Below are positions 1 to 13,500 of a stretch of DNA of 64,000 bases, piece by piece. A program made the position numbers and the translations under genes. Each line of letters opens with the position of its first letter. The first letter of the stretch is position 1. The DNA is from Eimeria praecox (Eukaryota): positions 2,604,001 to 2,668,000 of the forward strand of contig OY986948.1 of assembly GCA_963920595.1 (NCBI GenBank), in the 5' to 3' direction. The notes under the pieces were generated by a model that was not told where the DNA came from, searched no databases, and worked only from the letters and a program-made list of their open reading frames with translations.

Positions 1-419
1 CATCTGAACAAGTTTGCAAGAGGCGCAGTACGAAATAATCATATTCTACAGACGCAGCGTAACCTATGTATATCTCTGTGTTGTACCAATGTGCATCAGG
101 CCGTCAACATATACGTGCCCCTCAACAACTAAGTGCCCTCGCACTCCCTGCATCGCAGCGTATGCGCAACGATAATGATTGAAATTCGTAAAAACTTGCT
201 CGCTCGGTTGCTTCCCCGAGCTACTTTCTACGGCCGCCAGCCAGTCCTACTCAAGGGCGAGCAAGCATCAACTAAACGCGTTTGTGTAATGGCTTGCTTC
301 AGCCTTTTTTGCCGCCATGAATGTGCAAGAAAGGCTTTGTGGCCCTTCCCCACCAGGACACCAAAACACCGACCGGAGCCACACAGCGCACGCTGCAGCC
401 ATTTGGATGGCTCAAGTGC

Positions 420-3400
420 ACTCAACCAAGTAAAATGGACACAACACAGCAACATTTAATATGAACATCTTCACGTTAGGGCTTCCCACAAACAGCCAAA
501 CCCTACATAACTATGCATGCCAAGATTATGCGCTTCACGTTGCCCTGCGGTACGTTATCGACGCCAACCTCTATGACTGCCTACCACCCAAGCAGAAGGC
601 GTCCTCCCCAAATAACTGTTGCCAACGCTGCGCAAGCCTCAAGCGTTCTGCAGCCACATGGCATCCCATAACTCCCTGAACCTGCAATTCATTTCGCGTC
701 TGGTGACTGGCCGCAACCGACGCCCAATTCAGCTGTTGGGAGAAACTCCGTTAGAGCGCACACATCACGCTCGCAAGCGACCCACGTGGGAATTCTGCCA
801 GTGTACCAAATACTTCACGTGCAGAGGTTAGAGTGGGCTTCTGTGCATGCGCATCTCACAATCTGCGTCCAGTGGGTCCCCACGGCATCTCATCTTAAAT
901 GAAGATTGCCTAAGCCACCAACTCCGTACACCCGGTACCTGTTATGGGCAAAATTTGCAGCACGAAGCCGCAGAAGTTGTGCTTCCTCTTCAGCGTTTCG
1001 CAATACCGCCGGACAGGCCCTATCAACATGCGCACATCAACGATAGTCCCGCACAATAGCCAGTTCATCAAACCACAAGCGAAGGCATGACACAACATAA
1101 AGCATGGAGCATCCCATACTCAAGCACAGGCTGGAAACGGAGGCAAGCAAGCGCCTGCTACCATATCAAAAATCCATACGAACCTCTCAGAAGCAACCGC
1201 AGCAGGCTGCAAACGCACGCGGTGTTTCCAACAAGAGGATCCATGCCAGTCTCGATAGGGATCACAGCAGCACCCTACATATTGCTGCCATTCCGTTATG
1301 CAGAGGTAGCTGGATACGAAGTTGCAAGGCTAGCTTCGTTAGTGCCTGCAACGCCTTTTGCATGAGTGCAAGTGGACGCGCCATAGAAGACCCAGCCGAA
1401 TAGGGAAGGCACAATGTAAAGCTGAGCCTGGAATTGTGTGCAGCTTAGTCTACTCCAGATGTCTTATATAATAATATAAGGTGCATCACAAAGGCTGCCA
1501 AAATACTGTGCTTGTTAGGGCGAATGGCTCTACACTGTATGATGCGGATACAATGTCTGATCGTTGTGCCCTCAAGTCGCGGAAGGTATCATCCATTCTC
1601 TTCAAGTCTGTTAGATCAATATCAAGCCCGTGCGTCTAAACTTGCATAACGCAGCTGATTTGCTCCAGGCAATAACACACTGCCTATAACCTCACGCAAG
1701 CAGCACGGTGAAGGGCTGTGATATGCCTGTAAAGCTGCATGCCACGTGACTGGCTTTGGGGCATAGATATCGTTTCCGAACGTTATCCAATAGTGAAGGG
1801 CTAACCTAATGCTGACCGGATCGGATTACAGCCCAAACTCCAAGTAGTCTCAACACACTCACCGAGCGGACTATCGCCGAGTAAGCCACAACGGGGAGTC
1901 GCACACAGTTTTGAGTTGCTCCAGGCAGCGCAAGGCACGCATGCACATACACTTCACATATCAGACGAGAAAGAAATCTCAATATGTCAGAATGCGTCCT
2001 GATGCGCTTCCCTGCCACCCTAGCTGCTCTTGAAGCGCGGGCTTGCACCGCCCTACAACTGACATCCTACACATGCACTCCAACCGGAGTTCTCAACGGT
2101 CGGAGTCTACCTCCCAGCGCAGGTGCTGCTGTTCCCCAACCTATCTGTGCTTACGTAAACGGGAACAATGAAGGTCACAGCATGATTTGCGTCTTGCGCG
2201 TCTACCCAGTACGCAGCAGAAAAGCAAATTCAGGCCCACACATAGTAAACCGGACACCACCGGCTCACGTTCTGTATTAAAGTCCACGCCACTTACTTTT
2301 CATTTCGAGATCGAGCTGCGGAGTACTGTCCAGCCATAATCAGAATACGTGTTTCGTGTTCTTGCTCAGAAGCGCCACTGTGCGCCTAATCGACTCTTAA
2401 GGAATGACATGAATATTCTGCATGGCCGTATACCTCTATGCTAGTGCTCGCAGCGCAGAGCAGCTGGTCCAGTCGATTACGATGCGCACCACTTAAACTA
2501 CGGCCGAGTCGCGTATCAATAGCTAGCATTACACAACTCACCGTACATCCAAAATTCTGCTCACAAACGCCAAAAGATACCTAGGCAGCCATGACCAATG
2601 AGCTGAATACCCCACGCTGTTTTATCCTCCGTTGCTACTGTTCACCGCGCAAAGCAGCTCCGCTATACGATCGCTGAAGCAATCCACGCACTATTAGCTT
2701 CAGACGACAGATACTACATTCAGTTTAGAAGAATAAAAACTGCTCAATGCCGTTCCTTGGACGCCACTGTTGATCCCTTTGCAACGAGGGCCTATATGCT
2801 TATCACTCTACTTTCGATACGTCTCATCCCAACACATGAGCCAGCACAGACTCACGTCCACTACACAGGCATGCTGTTTAGAGGGAACACACCTCCTGAA
2901 TGCTCCCATCGCTACGGCAATCGCATAATCATTAGCATACTTGCATACCCGCTGCTGGCCAAAGTCTCATGTCGTCGCCAAATCACCAAAGCAGCCACCA
3001 ACATCTGCACACGCAACCCATATCCGGAGGCCAATGGAATCACAAAAAAATTAATAGTGGCAACGCTTTGCGCTGCGACTCTTCAACAACAATCTAACCC
3101 ACGCCAAAACAGCTGGTGATAAAGAAATGGCATTGCCGGGGTGCCGTATGCAGTGCGCTTATTCGCAACTGCTCCTGGCACAGATCTGCTATAGTCGATA
3201 TGTACAGTCCAACAGGCCATCCCACTGCACTAAACGGGCGCAAATGGCCAGCAAACGAAGGCGCGGTAGTAGAGATTTCCTGCATGCTCTGCCTTCTGCA
3301 GCAAAACCATGTAGCACCCAGCCTCCACAGTACCCATATCCACATGACGGCGCATGGTGGAATGTGTCTCCTCCCCATGCGGCAGGTGGCAGCAACATTA

Positions 3401-6400
3401 GGGGAACGTCCTGTAATCCTCTTCTGGGTCTGCGAATACGCTAAGTGCATACTGTACCCTCCGTCAAAAAGTAACGCCATGGCGCTTGCACGGCAGGGAT
3501 GGGAGGCAAGTACAAATCTCTGTTGTGTTCCAGCCGTCAGCAACTTACAGAGTGCAGTCCGCTCGCACTTAAGCACAAAAGCTTGAGCAACCAGCAGCCA
3601 TGCACTGCCCCTACGTGGCTGCTAACCTCTTTGCGGCAAACGCTGTCTTTGTCCTGCGGTAAGCGGGACAAGGTTGCAATGAAAGCCTTGAGCAACGCCG
3701 AGGTGAATGCTCCTGATACCGTACACCTCAGCTAGGGCGCAGTGGGAATGAGGTTTCGGAACACCAGGGGTCCAGTGCTCAGCTTGTTGGCAAGTCTAAA
3801 ACCTTGTGGTACAGCCTCGCTAACCACGTAATGCCTCTGGTTAGGTGCATATTCTCATCCTGCGGCCTAATAGCATTCTATCTACTACGCGAGATACCAT
3901 GTTTCTTGTATAATGAGTGCCACAAATATATAAGTAATCAGCGATGCCGAAGGTGGGCGCGTGCCTACCTCTAAGACTACTTCAATGATGTACGTAGTGC
4001 CGGGCCTCTAGGCACTACGCCGCATCACGAGCCAAGCGTACCTGCCTCTCTGTCCCTGCAGTAGGTGACCGGCTGATGCTCCATCAGCTGTAGATCCTCT
4101 CAAGAGGGTCCTACCGTCGCTACTGCGCTTGCTTACCAGAGCTTAGTGTGCTGATGACGCACATGCTAAAACATCGCTTAGTTAGACCTAAAGGGTTTAC
4201 CACTTTAAGTGCGGAGTATATCGCAGAAAGAATTAAGAAGATGGAATTAGCAGTCCTGGCCGGTCGAGAGCACAACGCCAAAGTAAATTCCAACGGAGAT
4301 TATAGGACAACTCTAGAGTCAAATAAGCATCACGCTTTCCTCAAAGCGAAGTGGCACTGATTTAAAATGTGGCGAAACAGTCAGCACACCAGAAACAAGA
4401 TAAAAGGCACCATATGCACGTACGTCGATAGGTCTACTCCATATCTCTAGCTATCCCTTAAAAAATGCACAAGAGCACGCTCCTCGCCCAAAACGAGTAA
4501 ATTCACCAGCTTACAAGAAAAGCAAAACAGTGACGAATGACTCTCAAACCACTGAGAAATAACACTCCGCATGGACAACGAATTCAGCATCCTCACACAA
4601 CTTTAAAAGCCCGTGCTGTGCCTAACATAGCAGATCGCCAACTACCGAAGGTGCAGTTGCAAACAAGACCAACAGCCTCTGGTTTCCGGCGGCTAACGGC
4701 TACTGCCTTCAGAGTCTAAAAGCTCAAAAGCGTCAAGGATGAATAGCAAAGTGCATGTTGCAGGTACAGCCCCCCTCGGCAGCTGCCAGTTTCTGCAACG
4801 CGCTCGGTGGCATACTTCCCCCCAGCCCCCTCCCCCCTCCAGCAACCAAGCGTTCTCGCACATCCTGCAAGCAACACCGAGCATGCGCAACGATAATGAT
4901 TGTACTACGCAAGCACTTGCTCGCTCCTTTGTTGCCCCGCGCTACTTGTCACAGCAGCCGGGCAGTCCCACTGAAAAGTCAAGGAAACGCTTCGGTCATG
5001 CAGCCCGCTTCAGCCTTCTTTGAGGCCACCAGTCCATCGAAACGGCTTTGCGATATTGCCAGGTCATCAAAACGGGGCGAACCAACGAAATCATACTGTC
5101 CAATTCGTCACGGTGTGGGCTGCCCAACTCCACTCAACCATGTAAAATGGACACAACACAGCAACATTTAATATGAACATCTTCACGTTAGGGCTTCCCA
5201 CAAACAGCCAAACCCTACAAAACTATGCATGCCAAGATTATGCGCTTCACGTTGCCCTGCGGTACGTTATCGACGCCAACCTCTACGACTGCCTACCAAC
5301 CAAGCAGAAAGCGTCCTCCCCAAATAACTGTTGCCAACGCTGCGCAAGCCTCAAGCGTTCTGCAGCCACATGGCATCCCATAACTCCCTGAACCTGCAAT
5401 TCATTTCGCGTCTGGTGACTGGCCGCAACCGACGCCCAATTCAGCTGATGGGAGAAACTCCGTTAGAGCGCACATATCACGTTTGCAAGCGACCCACGTG
5501 GGAATTCTGCCAGTGTACCAAATACTTCACGAGCAGAGGTTAGAGTGGGCTTCTGTGCATGCGCATCTCACAATCTGCGTCCAGTGGGTCCCCACGGCAT
5601 CTCATCTTAAATGAAGATTGCCTAAGCCACCAACTCCGTACACCCGGTACCTGTTATGGGCAAAATTTGCAGCACGAAGCCGCAGAAGTTGCGCTTCCTC
5701 TTCAGCGTTTCGCAATGCCGCCGGACAGGCCCTATCAACATGCGCACATCAACGATAGTCCCGCACAATAGCCAGTTCATCAAACCACAAGCGAAGGCAT
5801 GACACAACATAAAGCATGGAGCATCCCATACTCAAGCACAGGCTGGAAACGGAGGCAAGCAAGCACCTGCTACCATATCAAAAATCCATACGAACCTCTC
5901 AGAAGCAACCGCAGCAGGCTGCAAACGCACGCGGTGTTTCCAACAAGAGGATCCACGCCAGTCTCGATAGGGATCACAGCAGCACCCTACATATTGCTGC
6001 CATTCCGTTATGCAGAGGTAGCTGGATACGAAGTTGCAAGGCTAGCTTCGTTAGTGCCTGCAACGCCTTTTGCATGAGTGCAAGTGGACGCGCCATAGAA
6101 GACCCAGCCGAATAGGGAAGGCACAATGTAAAGCTGAGCCTGGAATTGTGTGCAGCTTAGTCTACTCCAGATGTCTTATATAATAATATAAGGTGCATCA
6201 CAAAGGCTGCCAAAATACTGTGCTTGTTAGGGTGAATGGCTCTACACTGTATGATGCGGATACAATGTCTGATCGTTGTGCCCTCAAATCGCGGAAGGTA
6301 TCATCCATTCTCTTCAAGTCTGTTAGATCAATATCAAGCCCGTGCGTCTAAACTTGCATAACGCAGCTGATTTGCTCCAGGCAATAACGCACTGCCTATA

Positions 6401-9400
6401 ACCTCACGCAAGCAGCACGGTGAAGGGCTGTGATATGCCTGTAAAGCTGCATGCCACGTGACTGGCTTTGGGGCATAGATATCGTTTCCGAACGTTATCC
6501 AATAGTGAAGGGCTAACCCAATGCTGACCGGATCGGATTACAGCCCAAACTCCAAGTAGTCTCAACACACTCACCGAGCGGACTATCGCCGAGTAAGCCA
6601 CAACGGGGAGTCGCACACAGTTTTGAGTTGCTCCAGGCAGCGCAAGGCACGCATGCACATACACTTCACATATCAGACGAGAAAGAAATCTCATTACGTC
6701 AGAATGCGTCCTGATGCGCTTCCCTGCCACCCTAGCTGCTCTTGAAGCGCGGGCTTGCACCGCCCTACAACTGACATCCTACACATGCACTCCAACCGGA
6801 GTTCTCAACGGTCGGAGTCTACCTCCCAGCGCAGGTGCTGCTGTTCCCCAACCTATCTGTGCTTACGTAAACGGGAACAATGAAGGTCACAGCATGATTT
6901 GCGTCTTGCGCGTCTACCCAGTACGCAGCAGAAAAGCAAATTCAGGCCCACACATAGTAAACCGGACACCACCGGCTCACGTTCTGTATTAAAGTCCACG
7001 CCACTTACTTTTCATTTCGAGATCGAGCTGCGGAGTACTGTCCAGCCATAATCAGAATACGTGTTTCGTGTTCTTGCTCAGAAGCGCCACTGTGCGCCTA
7101 ATCGACTCTTAAGGAATGACATGAATATTCTGCATGGCCGTATACCTCTATGCTAGTGCTCGCAGCGCAGAGCAGCTGGTCCAGTCGATTACGATGCGCA
7201 CCACTTAAACTACGGCCGAGTCGCGTATCAATAGCTAGCATTACACAACTCACCGTACATCCAAAATTCTGCTCACAAACGCCAAAAGATACCTAGGCAG
7301 CCATGACCAATGAGCTGAATACCCCACGCTGTTTTATCCTCCGTTGCTACTGTTCACCGCGCAAAGCAGCTCCGCTATACGATCGCTGAAGCAATCCACG
7401 CACTATTAGCTTCAGACGACAGATACTACATTCAGTTTAGAAGAATAAAAACTGCTCAATGCCGTTCCTTGGACGCCACTGTTGATCCCTTTGCAACGAG
7501 GGCCTATATGCTTATCACTCTACTTTCGATACGTCTCATCCCAACACATGAGCCAGCACAGACTCACGTCCACTACACAGGCATGCTGTTTAGAGGGAAC
7601 ACACCTCCTGAATGCTCCCATCCCTACGGCAATCGCATAATCATTAGCATACTTGCATACCCGCTGCTGGCCAAAGTCTCATGTCGTCGCCAAATCACCA
7701 AAGCAGCCACCAACATCTGCACACGCAACCCATATCTGGAGGCCAATGGAATCACAAAAAAATTAATAGTGGCAACGCTTTGCGCTACGACTCTTCAACA
7801 ACAATCTAACCCACGCCAAAACAGCTGGTGATAAAGAAATGGCATTGCCGGGGTGCCGTATGCAGTGCGCTTATTCGCAACTGCTCCTGGCACAGATCTG
7901 CTATAGTCGATATGTACAGCCCAACAGGCCATCCCACTGCACTAAACGGGCGCAAATGGCCAGCAAACGAAGGCGCGGTAGTAGCGATTCCCTGCATGCT
8001 CTGCCTTCTGCAACAAAACCATCGAGCGCACTATCTGCCCAGTACCCATATCCACATGACGGCGCATGGTGGAATGTGTCTCCTCCCCATGCGGCAGGTG
8101 GCAGCAACATTAGGGGAACGTCCTGTAATCCTCTTCTGGGTCTGCAAATACGCTAAGTGCATACTGTACCCTCCGTCAAAAAGTAACGCCATGGCGCTTG
8201 CACGGCAGGGATGGGAGGCAAGTACAAATCTCTGTTGTGTTCCAGCCGTCAGCAACTTACAGAGTGCAGTCCGCTCGCACTTAAGCACAAAAGCTTGAGC
8301 AACCAGCAGCCATGCACTGCCCCTACGTGGCTGCTAACCTCTTTGCGGCAAACGCTGTCTTTGTCCTGCGGTAAGCGGGACAAGGTTGCAATGAAAGCCT
8401 TGAGCAACGCCGAGGTGAATGCTCCTGATGCCGTACACCTCAGCTAGGGCGCAGTGGGAATGAGGTTTCGGAACACCAGGGGTCCAGTGCTCAGCTTGTT
8501 GGCAAGTCTAAAACCTTGTGGTACAGCCTCGCTAACCACGTAATGCCTCTGGTTAGGTGCATATTCTCATCCTGCGGCCTAATAGCATTCTATCTACTAC
8601 GCGAGATACCATGTTTCTTGTATAATGAGTGCCACAAATATATAAGTAATCAGCGATGCCGAAGGTGGGCGCGTGCCTACCTCTAAGACTACTTCAATGA
8701 TGTACGTAGTGCCGGGCCTCTAGGCACTACGCCGCATCACGAACCAAGCGTACCTGCCTCTCTGTCCCTGCAGTAGGTGACCGGCTGATGCTCCATCAGC
8801 TGTAGATCCTCTCAAGAGGGTCCTACCGTCGCTACTGCGCTTGCTTACCAGAGCTTAGTGTGCTGATGACGCACATGCTAAAACATCGCTTAGTTAGACC
8901 TAAAGGGTTTACCACTTTAAGTGCGGAGTATATCGCAGAAAGAATTAAGAAGATGGAATTAGCAGTCCTGGCCGGTCGAGAGCACAACGCCAAAGTAAAT
9001 TCCAACGGAGATTATAGGACAACTCTAGAGTCAAATAAGCATCACGCTTTCCTCAAAGCGAAGTGGCACTGATTTAAAATGTGGCGAAACAGTCAGCACA
9101 CCAGAAACAAGATAAAAGGCACCATATGCACGTACGTCGATAGGTCTACTCCATATCTCTAGCTATCCCTTAAAAAATGCACAAGAGCACGCTCCTCGCC
9201 CAAAACGAGTAAATTCACCAGCTTACAAGAAAAGCAAAACAGTGACGAATGACTCTCAAACCACTGAGAAATAACACTCCGCATGGACAACGAATTCAGC
9301 ATCCTCACACAACTTTAAAAGCCCGTGCTGTGCCTAACATAGCAGATCGCCAACTACCGAAGGTGCAGTTGCAAACAAGACCAACAGCCTCTGGTTTCCG

Positions 9401-10528
9401 GCGGCTAACGGCTACTGCCTTCAGAGTCTAAAAGCTCAAAAGCGTCAAGGATGAATAGCAAAGTGCATGTTGCAGGTACAGCCCCCCTCGGCAGCGGCCA
9501 GTTTCTGCAACGCGCTCGGTGGCATACTTCCCCCCAGCCCCCTCCCCCCTCCAGCAACCAAGCGTTCTCGCACATCCTGCAAGCAACACCGAGCATGCGC
9601 AACGATAATGATTGTACTACGCAAGCACTTGCTCGCTCCTTTGTTGCCCCGCGCTACTTGTCACAGCAGCCGGGCAGTCCCACTGAAACGTCAAGGAAAC
9701 GCTTCGGTCATGCAGCCCGCTTCAGCCTTCTTTGAGGCCACCAATCCATCGAAACGGCTTTGCGATATTGCCAGGTCATCAAAACGGGGCGAACCAACGA
9801 AATCATACTGTCCAATTCGTCACGGTGTGGGCTGCCCAACTCCACTCAACCATGTAAAATGGACACAACACAGCAACATTTAATATGAACATCTTCACGT
9901 TAGGGCTTCCCACAAACAGCCAAACCCTACAAAACTATGCATGCCAAGATTATGCGCTTCACGTTGCCCTGCGGTACGTTATCGACGCCAACCTCTACGA
10001 CTGCCTACCAACCAAGCAGAAAGCGTCCTCCCCAAATAACTGTTGCCAACGCTGCGCAAGCCTCAAGCGTTCTGCAGCCACATGGCATCCCATAACTCCC
10101 TGAACCTGCAATTCATTTCGCGTCTGGTGACTGGCCGCAACCGACGCCCAATTCAGCTGTTGGGAGAAACTCCGTTAGAGCGCACATATCACGTTCGCAA
10201 GCGACCCACGTGGGAATTCTGCCAGTGTACCAAATACTTCACGAGCAGAGGTTAGAGTGGGCTTCTGTGCATGCGCATCTCACAATCTGCGTCCAGTGGG
10301 TCCCCACGGCATCTCATCTTAAATGAAGATTGCCTAAGCCACCAACTCCGTACACCCGGTACCTGTTATGGGCAAAATTTGCAGCACGAAGCCGCAGAAG
10401 TTGCGCTTCCTCTTCAGCGTTTCGCAATGCCGCCGGACAGGCCCTATCAACATGCGCACATCAACGATAGTCCCGCACAATAGCCAGTTCATCAAACCAC
10501 AAGCGAAGGCATGACACAACATAAAGCA
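420..10528. repeat. Subtype A tandem units, period 4712 bp (two full copies plus a partial third)
   Basis: Near-identical sequence and matching spurious ORFs at 461/5173/9885 and 847/5559/10271, offset exactly 4712. Confidence 0.97.
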
Positions 10529-13500
10529 TCTCAGAAGCAGACTCAGCAGACTCCAAACGCACGCGGTGTTTCCAACAAGAGGATCCATGCCAGTCTCGAT
10601 AGGGATCACAGCAGCGCCCTACATATTGCTGCCATTCCGTTATGCAGAGGTAGCTGGGTACGAAACTGCAAGGCTAGCTTCGTTAGTGACTGCGACAGGC
10701 GAGGGGTTTCGCATGAGTGCGAGTGAACGCAGCAAAGAATACTGGAGCAAAGACAAAGGATGCACGATGGAAACTAGGCTTGCATTCATGTTGATTTAAG
10801 CCTGCCGCCGCAGTTGGTACCAAACATGGTGCGCAGACCATATGGCTATCGGTAATTAGATGACCTCTGCGGCGCTCGCTGCCAATGCGGTACCAGACTG
10901 GGATGCGTTCAAATCCCGTAACGCGCCATCTGCGTTCTCCAAGCCTGTTAGAAGGATACCTAATTCGTGGGTAGTCCTGATGAGTAATGCAACTAGTTCG
11001 CTAAAATGCCAGCTTACGCTCTACAGGAGCATCACAGACGTGCCGCAATGACATCATATGTTACCATTTGCCTCGTACTGGGACATCCACACGAACAGCT
11101 ATTTATCCTTCCAGCAGCTGGCACTGTGCTCAGCGGGTGAATCCCACAAAATATGCCTAATGATGTCTTCTTCCAATTCGCTGAAAATGGCGTCGGCGAG
11201 CCAGCCATCGCGGAACGCAGTAGCACGTATGAAGCTACGAGCAATTCAAAGCACTACTAGGCACCGTCCAGTCAGTGTTGCACGCGAAACAGGGATGCAT
11301 TCCAATGTCCGCACAAAAAGAGAACCCAATGGATCAGATAATGCCCTATTACTTTTCTTTTAGGCCCTGGCTCTCGGTGAAACGCTGGGCAACAACGCCT
11401 ACGAGGCGGCATGTTGCGAATCTCTCCAAATAATGTATTGTGCCTTCGAATTCGCAAGATGAGCGCAGCCAAAGTCGTGCAGAGACTACGTACAACTGTC
11501 AACCGTGCCAAGCACGCCAGTCTGTCCCTCCACGATCTTGATTCATACAGAACCGTTGAAGCTTGGGCCTACTCACACGCTGCACGTTGTTAGGCTCCAT
11601 GTGGCACAAAACATAACCCCAGGCTCCATATTCGTTGTTCAAAACTATGGAAATCATATTTCGTGCTCCAGACGGTACCGCGCGGAGCATGAACTAGTGG
11701 ACTGCACGACCCAAAGCGATCCTAATGGACTAACAACTCAAACTGAAGCGGCACGCTCCTGCGTCTGATAGTAATGCAGCCACTAGCTGGTTTCTATAGC
11801 CGAGTTCCTCAGTACACCAACGCACTGAGGCGATACCAGCGTTACTTCGAGGCGTCCCAAGCACCTTCAACTGTTTTCATATGATGCTGCAAAACAACAT
11901 ACCTCCTGAAGGACCGAGCAGAATTACCATGATAGCCGTTGCACAAACTCCTGCAGATGAGGCGAACAGATCCATCCTCAGTCAGCAGCTTAGCATCACT
12001 GCAATATCACCGCACCTATCAGAACTGAATCGTCACTTCAACTTCTGCAAGCAGAGCATCTGCACGAAAAGGACGCCGTTAGAACATCGCGCTGCGACCC
12101 TTCACCGGCAGAGCAGCGTACCTTTAACTGAGTGGTGAGCGATCAACGACATCGTCGATGATTTTTAGCCCCCCCTCTCTGCCATATATGCGCAGGGGCG
12201 CTAGATCAGCATTAGTGGCGCCTGCAGCCCTATGTATTATACCTTTCTACTCAACTGGCGCAGCTGAGGCGGTCAGGCAGGCGCGCCACTAGGATTCCGC
12301 CCTTAGTGCTGTCAGTGCTGCCTTTTGTTCTATTGATCCAGCGTACCACCTGTCCTTCATCCCCTTACGCACGATAGCGAATGGTAGAGCGATCCTGCGG
12401 ATCGTGGGATGGGAAGTAGCAACACTGAGAGAGGGGCGCTGTAGATATGTGTCGGTCCTGCAACACTGCTGCGTGCAGAAGGTCCAGCCCCCAGGAACGC
12501 ATCGCTAACACATACCAGCGGCACGTCGGACACGCAGGACGGGCAAATACAAGCCCTCGTAGCCTTGCAGAGTTTCCAAAGGCCGCACAAATTCGCACAG
12601 TACGCACGGACGTGGCACCCAAGGGCTACCAGCCCACACGCTGCCCATTCCTGTCCGCTGGTTGCTTTGCAATACCGAAGACATGTCCGTGCGCTGCAGT
12701 GTGCTAAAGGACGCTAGTGGAAGACCGTGTAGCGAGGCGGAAGCCACGTAAAGTGGAAACAAGGCCTCAATGCCCAAAGAATGCACGGCCTTGCTGGGTT
12801 AGGCATCCGAAAGTTGAATGCATAGTCCGGATCCACAGGCAACGCATGCAGCCTGCACATGCTAGAAAGGTGCAGCGAGATCCCCCTTGGCCTACTGCGT
12901 GAGGAGCCGTGCTCTGTGCCTACGTAGACGCAGCGGGCGGCAGAGCCAAAGATGACCACATGCCCACTACCATACATGTTTAAGTGCCGTATGGAGCGCG
13001 AAGCCACTAAGAGGGCCTTCGCACCAAGAACAGTGCGTATCCTTCTATCTGTGCCGCTGCATGCGGTGTATGCTGCGGCCTACTCATCACCTCACAATGC
13101 CTCTAATGCCGTTGCTGTTACTGTCCTCCCAAGCTTTGCATGATGGTGACGCACCTTCTGGAGCTCCAATGAATCATGTAAGCCGCGTTCAGTAGGTGGC
13201 GTGCGTCAAGTGCAAGGCATCTCGCCAATAGGCATGCCACAATGCACTTTCCAGCCAACTGGTCCACGTTTGGTCAAAAGCAAAAGCAAAACGCAAGCCA
13301 GCACACGCTACAGCAAATTTAGGATCAAATGCCCGTTACTTTTGTCTGTCACCTGCTCACACTTGGTCAATCGCATGGCGTACTGAACAATATACCAGAA
13401 ACAAGATAAATCGTATCATACATTCCTGCCTCGGTGCATCTACCGTTGGTCCATAGCGACCTCCTGGAAATGCAGAATCATACATCCCGTGAAAACAAAT

